From positions 16,988,001 through 17,052,000 of the forward strand of contig OZ281497.1 of the NCBI GenBank assembly GCA_965637545.1: 64,000 bases of DNA, in the 5' to 3' direction. The notes beneath the pieces were generated by a model, which was not told the origin of the DNA, ran no database searches, and worked only from the letters and a program-made list of their open reading frames with translations. Position 1 is the first letter of the stretch; each line of letters starts with the position of its first letter. Source of the stretch: Phallusia mammillata (lineage: Eukaryota). Shown piece by piece: positions 52,401 through 64,000 of the stretch. The position numbers and the translations under genes are program-made.

Positions 52401-54340
52401 AGAATCAAGCACTGCGGCAGAAACTCCAAGAACACAAGTAAGTTCTTTGATAATGTATTTGTCAGACAGTAAAATGTTTTTGTTTACATTCCACTTTAAC
52501 ATTGACTTCACATATAACATCACCAGACCATGTGAAGGCAAACATGTATCTCATTATAGGAAGAAGTTGTTTGATACAAATGACGAACTTCAGAAGAGAA
52601 AAGCCTACATTGAATCAGTGGAGCCACAAATTGCTCAAGGAGGTGCGATAAAACTTTGCAGATCAATGCTACCTCATTGTACATTTTGAGTCTTTCTGTC
52701 CTTTTTTTGTCTACCTGTAATTTTATTGAATTTGCGTATCTTCATCAGTAGCATTCTGTAACAAAAACTAATATATATTTTTTAAATTGTAGACAAACAA
52801 ATCACTGAGATGAAGGATTTGTTAAAGAAAAAGGAGGAAGACATGAAGGCTATGGAAGACCGTTATAAAAAGTAAAACTTTGACTTGTTTTATGTTTTTG
52901 AGGAATCAATCAGTATGTTACCTTAAAAATGTAAATTTTACAGATATCTGGAAAAGGCAAAGAGTGTGATCCGCACTCTGGACCCAAACAAAAACCAGCA
53001 GAACATGACTCCACAGATCAACAAACTTAAAACTGACCTTAACGAGAAAACTAAGCTCATTAAAGAGATGGAGGTATGCAAATTCAACATTGTTTTATTT
53101 GGGATTTACTTAGTCTTGCCCTTCGAAGGTAGTGTTGTGAAGCCTTTTTTACTGATAGGCCTTAAAATACAAATGCTCGTGGGGTGTACAATTCAATAGG
53201 CCGCGGGTTGCACACCCCCGTCTAAGACATAATAATAAAGTCTTATAGTAGCTAATAATTACCTTACCTAACCGACCTATGTAACACTTGTAGAAAGACA
53301 ACGAGCGAGTAAAATCAGTACGAGATCAAGAAGAGAAACTGATCGTCAACGCTTGGTACAACATGGTAAGTTCAAGTCTGTGCAGTCTCAAGTACAGCAT
53401 TTTGCATATATTGCATAACGAGCTAATTATGGACTAAAATAAACAACATAGAATGTGGTATTTGATCCATCAAGGCGATTATTATAGTACAGTTGTAAAC
53501 AGTCCGACCCGTTATAAAAACATGGCAAACCCGGAAATCAACTAAAATGTCAACATACACCGTATAACGTGTACAAAAAGGTTTCAAATTTTATTGCTTT
53601 ATATCGTTTGGACTTGTTTGTGTTATGGGTCGGCACTAAAACCAAAAATTTATAACCACAAAAACCTGAAGGAAATTGCACATCGATCAACGTTAAACCC
53701 AAACCTGTCAATATACTGTAAACGTCTGTACCTTCTTACAAAACAATTATTTATTCTTGCCGATCAGGGCATGCAAATGCATCGTAAGGCAGTGGACGAA
53801 CGTTTGTCACACACAAGTCCCGGCCAATCCTTTCTCGCCCGACAAAGGCAAGTTTCTTCGGCTCGACGTTCCCATCCAGGCACGGTGCAGAGGTAAGCGA
53901 ATGTTAGATGGACGTTTGCATGGAACGGTTTTGTTTTTTGTGGGGATTATCTTTTTTTATTTAGGTTTGGAATGTAAATGCATGTGTTTTACGTTGTTGG
54001 GAAAGGTATGCTTAGAACAAACAAACAGCTCAAAGTAAAGATTAGGCCCCAAACTCATACCAAACCATAACAGTGGTTCTTACCTTTTAAATTAACTGTC
54101 AACGGTTAACTCAAGGCCGGATCTGGCCCAAAAACCGTAGTTTGGTGACTCCCGATTTACAAACATTTTCCTCTGTATGCAATTTCTTACTGGTTAAGAA
54201 CCACTAGCTTATAACATTCGGGACCGGGGTAGAAAGTGGTGTTTGTTAAGATGTTGTCACCTCACTTTTACTAACCCTTGTTTTGTTTTATTTTCTTACT
54301 CGTGCATGACGTCAGCTATCTGACGACGGCCAGCAACTAG
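46459..54340 (+). CDS. HOOK3: Protein Hook homolog (dynein activating adaptor), 22 constitutive coding exons
   Basis: N-terminal Hook domain (LCDSLIIW, DLTDGVAMA, NLRKVL, LLQLMLGVAVNC, MKLDEDVQHVVMTAIQEL), long coiled coil, and C-terminal RYKKYLEKAKSVIRTLDP, AWYNMG, SFLARQRQ. The last exon 54316-54340 is less certain. Likely a single pro-ortholog of HOOK1/2/3. Confidence 0.95.
51907..51912 (+). other. Candidate 6-nt in-frame cassette microexon (Pro-His) of HOOK
   Basis: ttcccaactacAG|CCTCAT|GTGAGT inside a phase-0 intron (51485-52402). TGCATG motifs at 51491, 51865, 51888, 51925 and 52169. Confidence 0.7.
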
Positions 54341-55761
54341 TGGGCGCTGTTTGTTGCTGTGGCGGTCCTCCCTCCCACTTCATCTCACTGTTTGATGACG
54401 TGTTGTGTTGGGAAGTCTACGTTAGACTCTCGCAGTCATTTTACTAACCCGCGGACAGTGGTATTGTCATTCTATACTGGTTAACATGTTACATCGACTG
54501 TTAAAAAAAAACTGTTAAAATAACATTTTTGCCGTTACGAAAAATTGACTCCATTTTGAAAACACAAAGCAATACCACTGCCCGTTATTGCATGCAACAA
54601 ACCATTGGAGTTGTTTAGCTTTCATTAGTTGCAATTTATTGTGTTATTTTCACATTGGCAAAAAAATATTTACACCACCCAAACGTTTAAATTAATATGC
54701 TTGCAATTTTTCTTTTATGCTTGATTTTGTTTTTTTGTTGGCTTGAGCACGTTTTACGAATCAACATGTTTATTTCGTCGTCAATGTTTGTGTTTTTGTT
54801 CGTTTTGTTTCCATGTTTTCGGTTGCCATGACGACTCACACGTGCAGAAAGGAGCCAGACGCACAGCGCCACCGCATGTCCGAAACACTCGCGTCGTGGA
54901 CTTACATGTGACGTCATCGTCTGATCACAAGCCATTCCCAGTATTTTTACCTTTCATAATACGACACGACGCTTGATACGTGCAATTTCCTAACACATCA
55001 AATTTAAATCTCAGTGCGCAGTAACCGTATTCGCTGCTTTTGCTATATAGGCTGCTACAACGCATAGGCGATACTTAGAACCCTTGTAAACCCGAAGAAG
55101 AACTGGACAGTGCAATTTTCATAGCACGTGGAGTATAACACCGTCTCACCCCAGCTGCACTATCTGTTGAAACTTTGTCCAATATGTTTCTTATCTTATG
55201 TTTGCACGTTACAGCGTGACAAATTTCGGTTTGAACTTTCTTTTTCCTTTCTTTATATCACGTTATGTGGTCTTGACATGGCTTTTGCGCAGAGACCAGG
55301 ACGTCGACACACTTCTCTCCCACGTGTCATTCGTTGTGTGACATCATCACCAGGTGACGTCATCACCTTGCTAAGTGTTAACGTCAAATCATAAACCCCG
55401 CCACCTCCCTATGCATCGTGCTGCTGCTGTTTTGTGTGACGTACGCTTGTTCGTTGTGCGCATGCGCCGCTCTGTTGTCATGGAAGTGGTCGTTCGGACT
55501 TGCAGCTCGGATGGTTTCATTTCGTGCTCAAAACAGATTTTCACCGTTTTGTGAAGAAAATCTGGCGTGGTTTGTTTTATCGTACTTACTGTCTATAAAT
55601 TTTATCGTTAGCAAATTTGTAATAATCCTGTACCAAATAATATTGTAACATTGTCTGAACGTATATAATGTAACGTTCATAGTACTCAAACTTGCTGCTT
55701 GATATAGGCAAGTCCACTTTCCGGACGCAGGAAAACGGGATCCAGCCTCCTTTGTCACGTG
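54307..55761. promoter_or_regulatory. CRE/E-box motif cluster between the convergent HOOK and SDR genes
   Basis: TGACGTCA at 54307, 54909 and 55355. CACGTG at 54839, 55125, 55321 and 55756. CpG-rich. Confidence 0.45.
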
Positions 55762-56566
55762 GTGGGCATAACCACAGCTATAAACTTACCTTTGCCAAAA
55801 TCGCCTCCAATACTGTATAATGTGTTAAAATTGTCGCCCCTTTGCTGCGCTATATTGAAGCCTCTGCGCAGGTACTCTTAAGCTTTCTCAAATTTGTGCA
55901 AAATGTCAAATGTAATGCTACTTTGATGTGCACATTCTATATGTACGATACACCGAGGTGTGCTTCTATTTACAAATGTTTATCCGACGTTTATTATTGC
56001 TGCCGCTATTGTGTGTCCCCCGCTGTTTTTTCTAACCCTGAAGTCGGCCGCATTAGTGTAATTTCCATATTTATTTTACGCGCCAAACCTTATTGCCACG
56101 TCATAACTAACACACACTGCGTTCTAATTGCAAACCCTAACCAAAGATATCGATGGTTTATAGCCAATCTCCACGACGGCTTGCAGATTAACCCCATTCG
56201 AAGTGCCTTTCATATACGGTTGATTGTCATCTAATGTCGGCATATTGTCGTCGATTTTACAGATTTTTATCCCAGTATGGTTTTGTGTACACTTACGATT
56301 GCACGCCGAAGCAAAGGCACCGTTTTTGCTGCAATTTTGTGCGTTTTATTGCTGTTCGAAACTACCACTAGGTCAGGGTGCAAACTCACTCGAAATCTCT
56401 GTGTTTGCGAATTGGTGAATACATTTATTTCGTCATGTACGACGCATACGGTTACCAACATAGAACTAAAAAGTAAAATCAGGTTTTAGAACACTTGTCC
56501 GCAGACACGACTGTTTGAGACAAAGATTGTTTAAACTGAGAAAACAGGACAAAATTTCTGTTTTAG

Positions 56567-59500
56567 TCATCGTTTAGCTGCCAGTGGCTTCGCTTTTGTA
56601 GCTCTTAGGAAGTTCAAAATTGTTTTCTGCAAAGAAATACAGATTTTGTTCAGACATTTGTAACTGGCGTACATAGCTGACTTGTCATTGCGTCCCGAAT
56701 CTGATTTTTACACAAAAAGACCGAAATGCAAGTAGGTGATATTGCGAAGTCAGGCCCGAATCAAGCACCTTTCATTTAAATTTTAAAACCAATCGAAAGA
56801 GTCCGGATGTATTTATCAATAACCCCAAACCGTTATAAAGCTTTGGTACTCTTTGTTTTGTGCCAATGAAACGATTGTTCAACTGGTATAGTGCGCATAA
56901 TGACAGATTGTGGTGTTTTTATTGTTACTTGATGTTGGACAACTGTAAAATCATTGCAAGAACCCATAGACAGAATGAAAACGACAGCAAGATTTGTTAG
57001 TTAAAAAAAAAACTAAATGAAAAGCAATTAGCTTACAACTCACCGCTATTGGAAATGGAAGAAGAGAAACAGGTCGCAAAAAGAACACGGCTATCCGACC
57101 AACCACGTAACGATTTTGGGGGTGCTTTCCTAAAATTGCGTGCGTCATCGCTTTTACAACGGGTTTCGAATCATCGACTGCGAAACCGTCGTATAATTTT
57201 TTGGCCGACTCGCAATCTGCAAATAAGAAACGTGTCACAGCAAACACCGATACAGGAGATTGTGGGTTGAGTTGAGTTAAAAGATATCCAAGACGTGTTG
57301 CTGTTATGCAAATGAAAATCTGAGAAAATAATGATGTACAACATAAAAAGACAAGATGTTGGAACCATTTAATTTTTGCGAAACCACTCATGGCCCGGTG
57401 CTTGACGACCGCTGGTTTACAATACTCCTATGATTGTGTTTCCAATTGTGTCCTCAAAGACTAGCAAAACTGCTTTTGATGTGCAAATCGTTCTTGATCA
57501 ACATTTTTGATTTTTTTAAACTACTTTTGTTAGCCTTTGAAGATAGTTTGTGACAGCTTTACACAATATGATTGTTTTTGACATGCATGTAGATTTATAA
57601 ATTTAGAATATTTTTGGTTTGATCCTTCTCACATTGCTCTATAAACCCTCTTCCGTACACGACTTTGATTCTCTCATCCAACGAATCCCATCGTTCCCAT
57701 ATTTCCTTGACTATTTTGTCACCATTCGTCATCTCGGTCTTGTAATATCCGGGTTGGATCGTGTGTATGGTGATGTTAAAAGGCGACAGGGAAAAGCTGT
57801 TAATGTGGAGCGTTAAGAAGTGATACACATTTTTCACACAAAAAATGGACATTCAGAAAGGTAGAATTTGAACAAATTCTTCATTTACCTAAGCCCATCA
57901 GAGAAAGACTCGACTCCATATTTAGAACAGGAGTACGGACTTGCCTCAACTGAGAATCTTCCATTCATACTCGATACATTTACTATCCGACCTGTGAAAA
58001 TTGTAAGAGAAATACATTTGGTGTAATAGAAAGTACGTTTTTATTTGTATGTGCAGAAATGCTTGTTAGACAGGAGATCCAAATAGGGAATCGAACCGGA
58101 ACCGAACCCGCTAACCGGTTTAAATCAATAAGCCCCAACCCGAAATTATTAGCTACTTAAATGTATTAAAAAAAATATTGACACAGAATGTAAAGTCAGG
58201 TCGGAAACAAGGCCGTTTTTTAAGAAACCCAAGCCCAAAACCGGCCCAACTTTCAACTCTGGTTGAACCCGAACCAGTAAAAATACAGCATGGATAGTTA
58301 ACCCGAACCTAATATGAACCCATATACCAAGCGGTTCGACTCCTTGGGTACGAATGTATTTTCTTGTCAACAAACTATAAATAAGTTCTCGAACCTTCTT
58401 TTCCACGACGCAACAGTGGTATAAAAGCTCTCGTGACGTCAATCATTCCAAAGAGATTGACATTCATGACCTTTCGGAAATCTTCTTTTGTTGCCATTTC
58501 GAACACAACTTGAGGCGATAGACATCCCGCATTGTTTACAAGACACCACAAGCCTGCAGCAAATGCAAACCACCTTGTTTTTATTTAGCTTCAGCCGAGA
58601 GCCGCAGTGAACTCCAACCAAGTTTACCGAGCAAATTTGCAAGGTTTACATTATCGGCTTTGGTGTCTGCACGGACAAGTTTTCTGAGCACTGCTAGAAA
58701 CCGCAGTCTGGTTGTCACAGAGGCATTAGTTATTCGGCTTCTTCATATATCCGTATATTAGACAGAACAAACTCATTTAACCAAAACAAATTAAAATATA
58801 GGCTAGTTACTTTTTTCCTTTAGATGTTCTTCGACAAAGGCAATAGCCTTAATAATGTGGTCTTCATTCGTCACGTCCATGACCAACGCTTTCATTTTTG
58901 AGCTGCATTGCTCAGATAATTCCTTGACCGATGAAGAATGTAGACAGGTCGCAAATACATGAACACCCTGGTAAACATATAATTCTGTATTGTTGACCCG
59001 TTCTGTATTTCTACAAAAGATAAAATTACACATTAATTTTGTTTATTCAGGGAACCTAAACTATTTGTGTCGGCTAACCTAAAATTTCGAAAGATAAGAT
59101 TAAGAGTTGCACATCGCCACAAATCCGATGGAAAACTTTTGAACCTTCCCGCAATGACGCTACCAAAACATACACTCAACTTGCTAGAGGCGAAATGTTC
59201 GGGTACCAGACAGTGTTGTCTTGGATGGGTAACGTTCTTAATTGTTTGTTTACATATTTTTGTTTGAGTTTTATTTGCGCAACGTGGAGATATAGCATTT
59301 ATCAATGCATTTTGCCTGAAGTGCAAAATGTTTTGCAGCAAATATTGTGCCAAATTCTACTGATGCCGGAGACCTGGATCGAACATCAAATTTGTTTCGT
59401 CAATACATTAAAAGCAGGGTTGCCATCGATTTCAAATCAAAAATAAGGACAACCAAAAAATTAAATTTTCATGCGAAACAAAACAAACGGTTTTGAACAA

Positions 59501-60988
59501 ATCTTTGCTATTTTACGAGCCATGACATATAACATGCCATATTTGTGGCCAGAAACAATCTGTTCCAGCAATTCCTTGTTCGTAAAAGTCATTCGTACAT
59601 CTCACGACAGCTCAGGTCTAGATTTACTTCTACTTGTAGCAGGGATTTAATTTATAATTGTTAAAAATAAGACAAAAGAAGGACTCAAGTCAAAAATAAG
59701 GACATTTCTTAGAAATAAGGACAATGAGATTTTCTAAGACATAATCCTTCAAAATAAGGACAAATCTTAGAAATAAGGACGGTATGGCAACCCTGATTAT
59801 AAGGAATAAACCTATTATTTGTGTGTATTGCGAATTAGGCGGTTTTCTTTAATTGCGTGTATGTCAGGAACAGGAAGCCCAGAGAGTTTCACATCCCATA
59901 TATTTTTAGTTTTAACTTACAGAGGCTAGACACAGATCACTGATTTTAAGGTTATACTTTAGAACCAGTGATAAAAACGAATACATGCAGATAAAGCAAT
60001 TATTTAAATTCTAATTCGAAATGTGCCTTATAAACTGGAAAAAAACTATCTACGAATTATACAAAAGAAAGCAGAAGTTTTTTTTCAAGGTTACCACGTC
60101 AACACGAAAGCGTTAAAAACTGGAAAATGATCGTGTGTCCCTTCAGAAAAAGCGTAGGCCTATCTTCTCAACCCATAGCCACAGAGTGCACAAAAAACCA
60201 AATAGTTTAGAATCCATTCACTGACTTTGTTTACCTTAGCTGTTCTGTCACAATGTAAATTTACCCATTTATTGCAAAACTGCAACTTTTACAAAAGATT
60301 TTCCTAAAAGGTTAACAAGGGCTTGCGACCTTGAATCCGAGTTCATAACAATGTTGTTGTTTTTTAAAAAAAATGTGTTACAATTATATTTTTAGACACT
60401 GACAAAAAACCTAAAGTTCACGAGACATACGAAAACTTTGGCATACAAATCCGTCTTCACAAAAATCGTCTACCTTTCTTTCGCTATCCCGCACATTCTT
60501 TTATTGCTAATTTTGGTTAAAGTTTTTCAACGGATTTGTTTGTGCAACATAATCTTACTGTTTTACACAAAAGGTAATTTAGACGCAAATTTATTTAAAA
60601 TATATTTTAAAATTTTAAAAAAAATCCTAAAGTTCGCAAGACGTGTAGCCTACAAAGCTTTGTCATGCAAATATCTCTTCACAATAGCTCTCACTTAATT
60701 TCCACCACCTTTCTACACGAAAGTTTTATTATGACGTAGATGGGTACATGGCAACGTACTTACCAGATTATCGAGCTTCTCGGCAAGCTTCCGCCCAAAA
60801 CCATGGTCACATCCTGAAAACGAAAAATAATTGACATATTTTATAACATTTTAAGAGTATGAGCAAAAAAATCACGTACCTGTTATTAGAACGTAGCGGT
60901 TTTGACAGTCCTTGATTTTTAACGTTCCTCGGTAAAGATTTCGAAGCAGCAAAGCCGCAAGGACGGCGGTACAAACGTAAATCCACAT
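56567..60988 (-). CDS. Short-chain dehydrogenase/reductase, SDR9C (RDH16/HSD17B6/DHRS9-like), 8 exons, 324 aa
   Basis: Exons 60988-60880, 60813-60764, 58967-58811, 58553-58395, 57991-57889, 57796-57633, 57216-57044 and 56626-56567 (975 nt in frame). N-terminal membrane anchor, TGCDHGFG, LVNNAG, GRIVNVSS, catalytic YSCSK, IQPG, RYVVG. Confidence 0.92.
58084..58346. mobile_element. Shorter, decayed relative of the 13376-13901 hAT MITE, in an SDR intron
   Basis: Ends tagggaatcgaaccg / cggttcgactccttg and the same internal ccgaacc motifs. No recognisable TSD. Confidence 0.75.
59415..59795. mobile_element. hAT-type MITE (381 bp) in an SDR intron
   Basis: Perfect 12-bp TIRs cagggttgccat / atggcaaccctg. 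TSD attaaaag / attataag (7/8). Five subterminal aaataaggac repeats. Confidence 0.88.
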
Positions 60989-62006
60989 ACTGTCCGCCGA
61001 TCGGTGTTGAACAGCACTATTGTTGAGACCTATCCGCCCCTACTTCTCCGATTACACGGGGAAACGGAATGGACATTAATATGAGTTTTGTCCGGGCGCG
61101 AGTCGGTCACCACAAAGGTTTACCGTCCGGATCGAATTACTCCTATCTACTCGCATGTTTACATACGCAACTAGTGGTACATATATGCTGAACCTTGATT
61201 ATACCCTGCCAAACGAGCCGCCTCCAGCGAATATTGTCTCAACTAATAACTGTGGTCCCGATTTCACGACTTGTTTACACGACTAAGACGCACCGAATTG
61301 CACGGACTGCGCTATGTGCGTCGACCGCATTGTCAACGTGCCTACAAAGAGAACGGCTTTATACAGGCCTAGGTGCAGTTTCGAGAACAGCAAGACCTCT
61401 GATCTCAGCTCCTCGAGGGTTACATTTGCATTTTGGTTCTAATAGTTGCAAAATGACCTTTGTGTGACAATTACATCTCTGTCATGTGTCGTGGAATGCC
61501 ATTCATCGTGTTTCGAAACCCCTCATAATAAACTTCCTAACTTGGGCTGGGCCACTATTTAAACACCTGTTGACGATGATGGACCTTTTATAAGCCGTAA
61601 TGGGATTTGCGGAAACATAAACAATATTCTAACACTGAGGGCGCGTCGAACAGACGCCGTTTTGACATTCCTCCAATCAAATTGTACCCATGCGTAGGCA
61701 CAGAGACCGACAAAAACGCCCTTAAACTACACTGTAATTGATTGAGACAAAGAGCCTATAGATTAACACAACACCTGCTAACAGCTCATAAGCGTTCAAA
61801 ACATGATCGAGAAAATCCAAATTTACAAACATCGTGTTCAGTTTAGCCCAACAAACCACAGACTGCAGTGGTAAAAGACAGATAAAAGTGACATAGGAAA
61901 AGAAGTTGAATGTCCACACAAGTTCGATCAGTGTCAGCCACATTTTTAAACCTTTGACCTTCGAATACTGACCTCTAGCATTGCAAACAAAACAAATGCT
62001 GTGCGT

Positions 62007-64000
62007 TCATCTTCGGTGACGTTCGCTCCTGTGCGACCTCTCGCGGCTGTCTTTGTGCCTGTGCAATAAACAGAAATCGTAAGAATTCCCAATTTAACGT
62101 TTTGATAATCATTTTTGAACAGAAACATATACTTTGCAGTGAAACATCCTTAAGATGACAAACAACGAACGTGCAATGTTTAAACCAACTTGGCCACAGA
62201 AGTTGGACCGTTTTCGGAGCATACAATTTCACGTAAGATATACGAAACCCTAAAAAACAAAGATTTCATTTACTTTTTAGACGATTTTTCTCTCCTGCGT
62301 TGGTTGAGAGGATTTCGGGGATCAGAGATGTCAAACCGATCTTCAGTTACTTCCCGATTCACGTCTTTGGCGTCGCGAAGCTCGGTGGTGTGTTTTAGGC
62401 GGTGAAGCAACCTGCCACAAAAAAGCTAATAAACTTCAAGAAATTTGCGCATGACAATACAAAAATCAAGGTAGTTTCGTTTTGCCGGTGTTGCGCCTTA
62501 TGTTACAGTTAAAACCTAATATTTAGACTTACGACGTACAGCTTGAAAGGTATGTGTAAAGGCCATTGCTGATAAAGGCGTCTGACGTCGAAACGTCGGG
62601 GATTTTACAATAACTATCTGCTGAAAGAGCAATACTTTTTAATACAGTATGCCTTACAGCAAACATTTTTTTGTGTAAAAGAAGGTTTTATTGAATTAAA
62701 GTATTTTGGATCGCTTCTCGCAACACATGTTGTCATTTAGCGCATTCACACACCATCCTGAATCGTCCTCTTCATCCTCCAGCTCCTGATCTTTGTCTTC
62801 CACTTCTTCATCTTTGCCATCATGATTCTCATCCTCCCATCCAGCCTCTTCCCGCATTGAAAACATCTTCGTCTTAAAGCTGTTTAACATTTCCAGCGTC
62901 TGCGAAATAATACAGAAAAATGTATTTTTTCAAGCAGATGACAGGTATTTGAATGTTGAACAACTACGCAGGTTAACATTCATACAGTTTATGCCAGTGG
63001 TTCCCAACCTTTTTTGTCCTGTGCACCCTTTTCGTCGATATTCAAATCTAATTACCCCCTAGAAATTTAGTTTGCTAAAATATCGTTTACATTAACATTT
63101 TAATGTAATTCTTAGAACAGAAGTCAAACTTTTGGCATTGCTGCCTTAAATCGATTATATGAGAAATTTCTTTTTCTCGGCTCATATATGACAAATGCAG
63201 CAATAACACACAGCATAGACAACCAGTAAGAGATTAATATTGTGACACAAATTCACCCCTGGTGGGGAACTACTGGTTTATGCGGTGATATTTTTAACGA
63301 AATATAGGAAAAGATTGAAATACAGTAATGCTTTCTAGACAGGCCAGAGGTTTTTGTTTAATGGATTACACAAGGGGTCTGCAGCAAGTCAAATCCTGGT
63401 TGCAAGTCAAATGTTTGTGGCGGTTTAATACGGCTCTGGACTTTCAAGTGAGAAAAAATAGCATCTTACTGCACTTTCTCTTGACGAGCCCTTTTCTGTG
63501 TTCTTTGACGTCTTTTCTCTATATTTCTTTTGCTGTTGCTTGTAGTCAGCATAAAGCGGGTTCGAGTTGTCTTCCTCTGAAAAGTGTAACAAAGTGCCAT
63601 TGACGTTACAGCAATGCTTATCGAACTGTGTTCCACGAGAGATTCGTAGTTTTTAAGTGCACGCTTTTCTTTGGTGTTTTAAGAATTACGAAATCCAGGC
63701 GGACTTTTAAAACAACGTTTAAAAGCGCATAGTTTTAGTATTCACGAAAGGAAACCTTAGTCATCACAATAAAGTTTGGAAATAAACTTTCTTTCAACAA
63801 CATTCGTTATGTTGAGCTGCAAACTGTGCCATGGACTGAAAATTTAGTTTGTTAATGTGCCGCCCTAAACATTTTGAGAACCACTGACCTACAAGATTCT
63901 AGCTTCAAAAGCAGTTTGGGCATATATAACATTGATATTTTAAACTAAGTGTTTTGAGTAAGTCCAACTCACCATCATCGCCGCTAGAATCACTTGCACG
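62007..64000 (-). CDS. CWC27: Spliceosome-associated protein CWC27 homolog, 3' part (gene continues beyond the window)
   Basis: Exons >64000-63973, 63576-63470 (YADYKQQQKKY...KGSSRESA), 62899-62754 (TLEMLNSFKTKM...EDDSGW), 62411-62274 (LLHRL...FDISDPRNPLNQRRRE) and 62058-62007 (HKDSRERSHRSERHRR*). This matches the conserved CWC27 C-terminus TL.LL..FK.KL...GWM.H.L...DPRNP.NKRRRE. Confidence 0.9.
62995..63275. mobile_element. hAT (Charlie-like) MITE (281 bp) in a CWC27 intron
   Basis: TIRs cagtggttcccaacc / ggtggggaactactg. Perfect 8-bp TSD gtttatgc. Confidence 0.9.
63612..63886. mobile_element. Old degenerate hAT MITE in a CWC27 intron
   Basis: Right end tttgagaaccactg; left end caatgcttatcgaa has 4 mismatches to it. 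TSD not preserved. Confidence 0.35.

Noticed and set aside
63328-63886. One large MITE spanning 63330-63886 and the + strand ORF 63328-63603
   Set aside because: The interval contains a genuine CWC27 exon (63576-63470) on the minus strand, and the + ORF is its shadow.

Overview
This is eukaryotic, AT-rich, gene-dense animal DNA with short GT-AG introns. An ascidian tunicate is my guess from the compact layout, not a determination. I found no rRNA, intact tRNA, CRISPR array or prokaryotic features. I reconstructed 10 protein-coding genes by hand from splice sites and reading-frame continuity: an intronless PNPO-like gene (+), a rolling-stone-like membrane protein (+), SNRPB (-), a MAP2K3/6 kinase (-), a type II membrane C-type lectin (-), an uncharacterised GCN5-like GNAT / coiled-coil / PARP-like fusion (+), DNAAF1 (+), HOOK (+), an SDR9C retinol/hydroxysteroid dehydrogenase (-) and the 3' part of CWC27 (-). 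Introns and intergenic DNA carry many hAT-type MITEs, most with 8-bp target-site duplications (TSDs), and one Helentron-type non-autonomous element. Five observations stand out. (1) The GNAT-PARP-like fusion has altered catalytic residues in both enzyme domains. (2) The PNPO paralog has lost all six aligned substrate-binding residues. (3) An in-frame 6-nt HOOK microexon is flanked by Rbfox motifs. (4) There is a possible operon / trans-splice junction between the GNAT-PARP gene and DNAAF1. (5) A cluster of antioxidant response elements lies in a MAP2K3/6 intron. Comparisons to human proteins are from memory and need confirming by alignment.
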